A stretch of 58,078 nt of DNA from Candidatus Saccharimonadota bacterium. GTDB taxonomy: Bacteria; Patescibacteriota; Saccharimonadia; Saccharimonadales; UBA10212. Location: positions 1 through 58,078 of the forward strand of contig JACPKF010000006.1 in assembly GCA_016187125.1 (NCBI GenBank). The letters run 5' to 3'. Within the stretch, counting starts at the first letter, position 1. The number at the start of each line of letters is the position of its first letter. The position numbers were made by a program, and so were the translations under genes. The notes below the pieces were generated by a model. That model was given only the letters and a program-made list of their open reading frames with translations. It was not told where the DNA came from and searched no databases. Below, piece after piece: positions 54,391 to 58,078 of the stretch.

Positions 54391-55230
54391 TTACGGCCCC
54401 GGACCCGACACAAAACTATTATTGGGCTTGTAATACAGAGTGGTTTGATTAGGCACATTATTGGCCGACTGCCATGTGACTGTAGCCGTAAAAGTCTTAG
54501 AGGCCAAACTGTAATTATCAACCACGCTGTAGGGGCTCTGGTTATCGGGATTAGTCTCGCCAATAGGCAACGAGCAGACTCTGGTAGTGCTATCCACTTC
54601 TTGCAGCTTAGCGTCTGAAGGATTTATACAAAACGGCCGGTTGAGCTTGTAAGCGCCAACTGTAGGCGGCCGCTGGTTGTCGGCTGTTTTTATAAGTTCT
54701 ATTTGGGCCCGGGCATAGGTTAGGGCTTGGTCGCGGTACTTAGCATTAAGGCCGCTTTGCAGGCTATGCGTTGAAGAAGTGTAGGCCGTGGCTAAGACAA
54801 TAGCTAGTACTGCTGTGCTTATCATTACTTCTACAATCGTATCCCCCCTGCCGGATCTTACAGGCCCCGCCAGCCTGTTCAATGGCACAGCCATTGATGC
54901 CGCTGGCGGTTTTGGCGAATCACTGCGTTGCAACTTGCGATACTCATTCAGCGTATTACATATACGCCTCACTGCGTTTCTCAGTTGCGCCTTGTGCTTC
55001 ATCCAAACCTGGAATCTCCGGCTCGGCAGTTGATGTTGCCCGTCGCTCAAGTGCGCACGGCTGGCACTCGGCACCCAGTTCTGAAACCAGTTATTTCTAC
55101 TGGGACTGCTTGCTTGCAGCGTATCCAAGCCAAAAGCTCTAGCAGTTTTGAGCATCCAGCTCTGAAGCCAGGTCTTTTTGTCGAGCCTGCTTTTTACTTT
55201 TTGCTTATTGCTGATTACTTTCATGGGCAA
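54391..55230 (-). CDS. Type IV pilin-like protein 2; start uncertain, probably 54894
   Basis: The prepilin motif is SGRG|DTIVEVMISTAVLAIVL. Confidence 0.8.
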   Translation of the reverse strand: MPMKVISNKQKVKSRLDKKTWLQSWMLKTARAFGLDTLQASSPSRNNWFQNWVPSASRAHLSDGQHQLPSRRFQVWMKHKAQLRNAVRRICNTLNEYRKLQRSDSPKPPAASMAVPLNRLAGPVRSGRGDTIVEVMISTAVLAIVLATAYTSSTHSLQSGLNAKYRDQALTYARAQIELIKTADNQRPPTVGAYKLNRPFCINPSDAKLQEVDSTTRVCSLPIGETNPDNQSPYSVVDNYSLASKTFTATVTWQSANNVPNQTTLYYKPNNSFVSGPGP

Positions 55231-56477
55231 CCTTCCAGATTCAGTCTGGTGGTAATGCCGGTAGCGGTGCCTTGGACGGCAAGTTGAGCCCTCTTGCTAC
55301 CGGTTGAGTTGGCAACACACAAATTCCAGCTTTTGCCGATAAGCGGATATTCGGTCCCCGAGCCGCAACTGCTCCCCTCTATGCACGAGCGTAAGCGCAC
55401 TGATTTGGCATCGGTGGAGCTAAAGGCGTAGTTGCGAGTGGAGGCCGTGATTTGGCTTCCGGAAGTATTATTATTTTGTAAACTGCTATAAAGCGTCAGT
55501 AGGTCTTGTTCGCCAGAATCGGCCGCTGTGGCCGAGACAATACTCAACCCATTTAAAAGTTGATATTGTTCGACTAATAAAAAGTTGCCGCTGGAGTCCA
55601 GAGCTGGCTCGGGGTTAGCGGCCGCGACGCTGGCCGGAAAATCTCCGGTGTCTACGGTACCGTTATGAACCGTGCGCAACCCAAAAACCGGATAGTTATA
55701 GATACTGTCGCTGCCGGGGATTATCTGGATGGCCCGGCCTAGATAAATACAGTCCTGGTTAGTGGTGTCGCTGCTGCCGGCCGGCGCGGTGGCAAGTACT
55801 GGATAGACTTTGCCATCCGGCATCAGACTGCTAACTTGGCAGGTATAAGCCTCGCCCGCAGGCAAAGCCGCCGAGCTGACTGAATTGGCGTAGTTTTGAA
55901 ATTTGGACTGCAGATCGTACACCGCTTGAGAAAACTCTGTGGCTGCTTTGCGGCCACCAAATACGCCAATTGAGCTGACTAGTATTGTGCCGCTGATAGC
56001 CAACACTATTAAAACCTCTATGATGGTGTACCCCCCAGCCAACATACGCACTACAGCAGCCTGCCCGCCAGCGGAGCTGGCAGCGCCGCTGCTGTTTTTG
56101 GCGCTGTACGGCGTTACAGGCTGCGATACTCGCTCACTGTATTGCATATACAGTTCCCTGCGTTTCTCGCCTGCGCCTTGTACAGCATCCAAATGCGTAC
56201 CTTGGCCATTCATTGTCTTTACGGCTCTTCTGTAGAGATTATTGCGTTGCTTGTCTTTTCCTTGTGCTGCATCCAAGCCAAAAAGTCTGGTACTTTCGGG
56301 CATCCAGTTCTGAAACCAGGGTTTCTTACCATACCTGTCTATACGCCTCACTGCGTTTCTCGGTTGCGCCTTGTGCTTCATCCAAACCTGAAACCTCCGG
56401 CTCAGTAGTTGACCTGGCATTTTACTTAAGTGCGTGCGCCTGGCACAGCGTCCCAATGCGAATGTTGGCCCACTCAT
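55221..56477 (-). CDS. Type IV pilin-like protein 3; start uncertain, probably 56147 or 56045
   Basis: The prepilin motif is MLAGG|YTIIEVLIVLAISG. Confidence 0.8.
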   Translation of the reverse strand: MSGPTFALGRCARRTHLSKMPGQLLSRRFQVWMKHKAQPRNAVRRIDRYGKKPWFQNWMPESTRLFGLDAAQGKDKQRNNLYRRAVKTMNGQGTHLDAVQGAGEKRRELYMQYSERVSQPVTPYSAKNSSGAASSAGGQAAVVRMLAGGYTIIEVLIVLAISGTILVSSIGVFGGRKAATEFSQAVYDLQSKFQNYANSVSSAALPAGEAYTCQVSSLMPDGKVYPVLATAPAGSSDTTNQDCIYLGRAIQIIPGSDSIYNYPVFGLRTVHNGTVDTGDFPASVAAANPEPALDSSGNFLLVEQYQLLNGLSIVSATAADSGEQDLLTLYSSLQNNNTSGSQITASTRNYAFSSTDAKSVRLRSCIEGSSCGSGTEYPLIGKSWNLCVANSTGSKRAQLAVQGTATGITTRLNLEGCP

Positions 56478-56593
56478 TATCTAGAGTATAGCATAAGCGG
56501 ATAGGGGTGGTTCCCCTATAGCCATTAGCTTCTAGCTCATAGCCACCAGCCTGAAATGTTTGGGCTAAGTACTAAAAGCTAGGTACTTAAAAG

Positions 56594-57481
56594 CTAAATT
56601 AGTAGCTGTGTGTACCAATCAATGATTGGCTCGCCAAACAGTAGCGTCAGAGCCGTAGATAAAATAAGCCAAGGACCATAAGGCAGTTTGGAACTAAAGC
56701 TTTGTCGCTTGGTAATCAAACGTGGAATTACAAACAGGGTGCCTAAAACCGAGGCCAGAAAAATCATTAAAAAACTTTTGGCCGGACTGGCTAAAACGCT
56801 GCCGGTTATCAGCCCCAGACGAATGTCGCCGTAGCCAATCCAGCGGCCGGAAGAAATCATAAATAGTACCCAGAAGATACCGCTAGCCACCAAAACGCTT
56901 AGCCCTAAAAGCCAAAAACTGCGGGCTTTGTCCTGAGCAAAAAACAAAATATAGGCCAGTCTACCACCAAGCGCCAACGCCAATGTTGGATATAAAATGC
57001 GGCTGGGCAATATCATCCAGCGCAAATCATAAACAGCCAGTGCTAGCAGGCCAACGCTAGTTGCCAGCCAGCTTACCAACAAAACCCATTGGCCGGCCGC
57101 GATATGAAGCGGCCAAAAATAGTAAGACGCTACAAAAACTGTAGCGCCGGCAATTTCTACCAACGGATATTGTACCGAAATTGGCTTTTGACAGTAGCGG
57201 CAGCGACCCCTCAAAAATAGCCAGCTCAAGACCGGCACCAAATCCTTAGACACTAGCAGGTGGTGGCAATTTACACACTGGCTTCGCCCGGAGAGAATTG
57301 AGAATTGAAAATGAGTAATTGGCAAATCTTTGGAGTTTATCGCTTTTTGCTTATTGCCTGTCCACCGTAGCCTTAGCGAAGGCGGGCTTATTGCTTGCTG
57401 GCGCACTCGCCAGACCAGAGCGTTAACAAAGCTGCCAAAACAAAGCCCCAAGCCAGCCAAAAGCATAAGAGTTAAGATCAT
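56594..57481 (-). CDS. pilD: Prepilin peptidase (A24 family)
   Basis: A Cys-rich box CVNCHH...CRYC, then PLVEI, GYGDIRL, and a polytopic membrane layout. Confidence 0.88.
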   Translation of the reverse strand: MILTLMLLAGLGLCFGSFVNALVWRVRQQAISPPSLRLRWTGNKQKAINSKDLPITHFQFSILSGRSQCVNCHHLLVSKDLVPVLSWLFLRGRCRYCQKPISVQYPLVEIAGATVFVASYYFWPLHIAAGQWVLLVSWLATSVGLLALAVYDLRWMILPSRILYPTLALALGGRLAYILFFAQDKARSFWLLGLSVLVASGIFWVLFMISSGRWIGYGDIRLGLITGSVLASPAKSFLMIFLASVLGTLFVIPRLITKRQSFSSKLPYGPWLILSTALTLLFGEPIIDWYTQLLI

Positions 57482-57522
57482 TCACTTATGCTATCACACA
57501 ATTAACAGATACACACTTGCTT

Positions 57523-57548
57523 CAAAACTCAGCGATCGCTGAGTTTTG
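57523..57548. promoter_or_regulatory. 26-bp perfect palindrome overlapping the -35/spacer of the downstream promoter
   Basis: CAAAACTCAGCGATCGCTGAGTTTTG. TATAAT lies at 57550-57555, 6 nt before the ATG at 57562. Confidence 0.5.
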
Positions 57549-57561
57549 TTATAATTTGTCT

Positions 57562-58078
57562 ATGAGTTCAAGGGAAGAAACAAGCTCGTTAATCGACGGT
57601 ATTTTAAGATTTGTAGCAATTGGCGGAACTATTACAGCTTCGTTAGTTCTGCCCGGCCTGGCTATAGGCCTTGATAAGCCACTAAATAAATTTCTGGATA
57701 GCTTGGATAAACGTGGACGTGAACGAGAAATAAAGCGTGTTATTAAATACATGAAACAGAAACATTTGATAGATTACAGTTCAGCCGAGAGATTTGAACA
57801 CGGTATCACTATTACCAAAAAAGGTCGTGCCAGACTTGCCCACAGTCATTTTAAGTCCTTGCGTATAGCTAGACCCGATAAATGGGACGCAAAATGGCGA
57901 TTGGTAGTTTTTGACATACCCGAAGATCGCAAATTAGGACGTGATGCTCTAACTGCTAAACTCTACAGGCTTGATTTTCGACCTCTTCAAAGAAGTGTGT
58001 GGATCCATCCCTTCCCTTGCCATGAAGAGATTCAGGCGGTTGTGCTTTATTACAAGCTAGAAAATTACGTGACCTATA
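57562..58078 (+). CDS. PaaX-like / Cas2-fold-like transcriptional regulator (partial, runs off the window); not in the ORF track
   Basis: The frame is open from the ATG at 57562 to the window end. It encodes ...WDAKWRLVVFDIPEDRKLGRDALTAKLYRLDFRPLQRSVWIHPFP... Confidence 0.65.
   Translation, partial: MSSREETSSLIDGILRFVAIGGTITASLVLPGLAIGLDKPLNKFLDSLDKRGREREIKRVIKYMKQKHLIDYSSAERFEHGITITKKGRARLAHSHFKSLRIARPDKWDAKWRLVVFDIPEDRKLGRDALTAKLYRLDFRPLQRSVWIHPFPCHEEIQAVVLYYKLENYVTY

Overview
This is a 58-kb chromosomal window from a small-genome Patescibacteria/CPR bacterium. The 16S sequence and gene content look Saccharibacteria-like, which is inference. The standard code 11 applies, since gyrB ends on TGA. 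The window holds a partial 16S rRNA gene with two expansion insertions, gyrB-gyrA, a VirD4/TraG-like ATPase, comM, infC-rpmI-rplT, RNase P RNA and six tRNAs (Pro, Val, Gly, Thr, Asp, Arg). It also holds murT-gatD, miaA, thrS, tgt, nrdR, pyrH, ndk, a Xer-type recombinase and an orphan KASIII plus KASI/II pair. The right-hand 13 kb is a secretome and type IV pilus-like block: a CHAP hydrolase, secreted proteins, a 1059-aa PilX-like protein, three pseudopilins and a prepilin peptidase. No CRISPR array, transposase or phage genes are visible. The unusual content is non-coding. (1) Palindromic elements with termini CCCGTTAGA...TCTAACGGG sit exactly behind the start codons of thrS and a PH-domain gene and in frame inside an MBL-fold gene, each flanked by ATG-containing direct repeats. 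In thrS and the PH-domain gene they separate the translation-initiation signals from the ORF. (2) Related TAGAACCCA-terminated elements lie between convergent genes and supply their stop codons. (3) Long low-complexity hairpin spacers occur inside normally tight operons, and one copy of such a family lies inside 16S V1. (4) Nucleotide-level repeat modules precede all three pseudopilin genes and are read in different frames. (5) Other oddities include several promoter-to-terminator candidate small RNAs, a 38-bp perfect palindrome next to xer, an in-frame TGA in the CHAP gene and a tRNA-Asp 3' end duplication. All functional readings of these elements are hypotheses.
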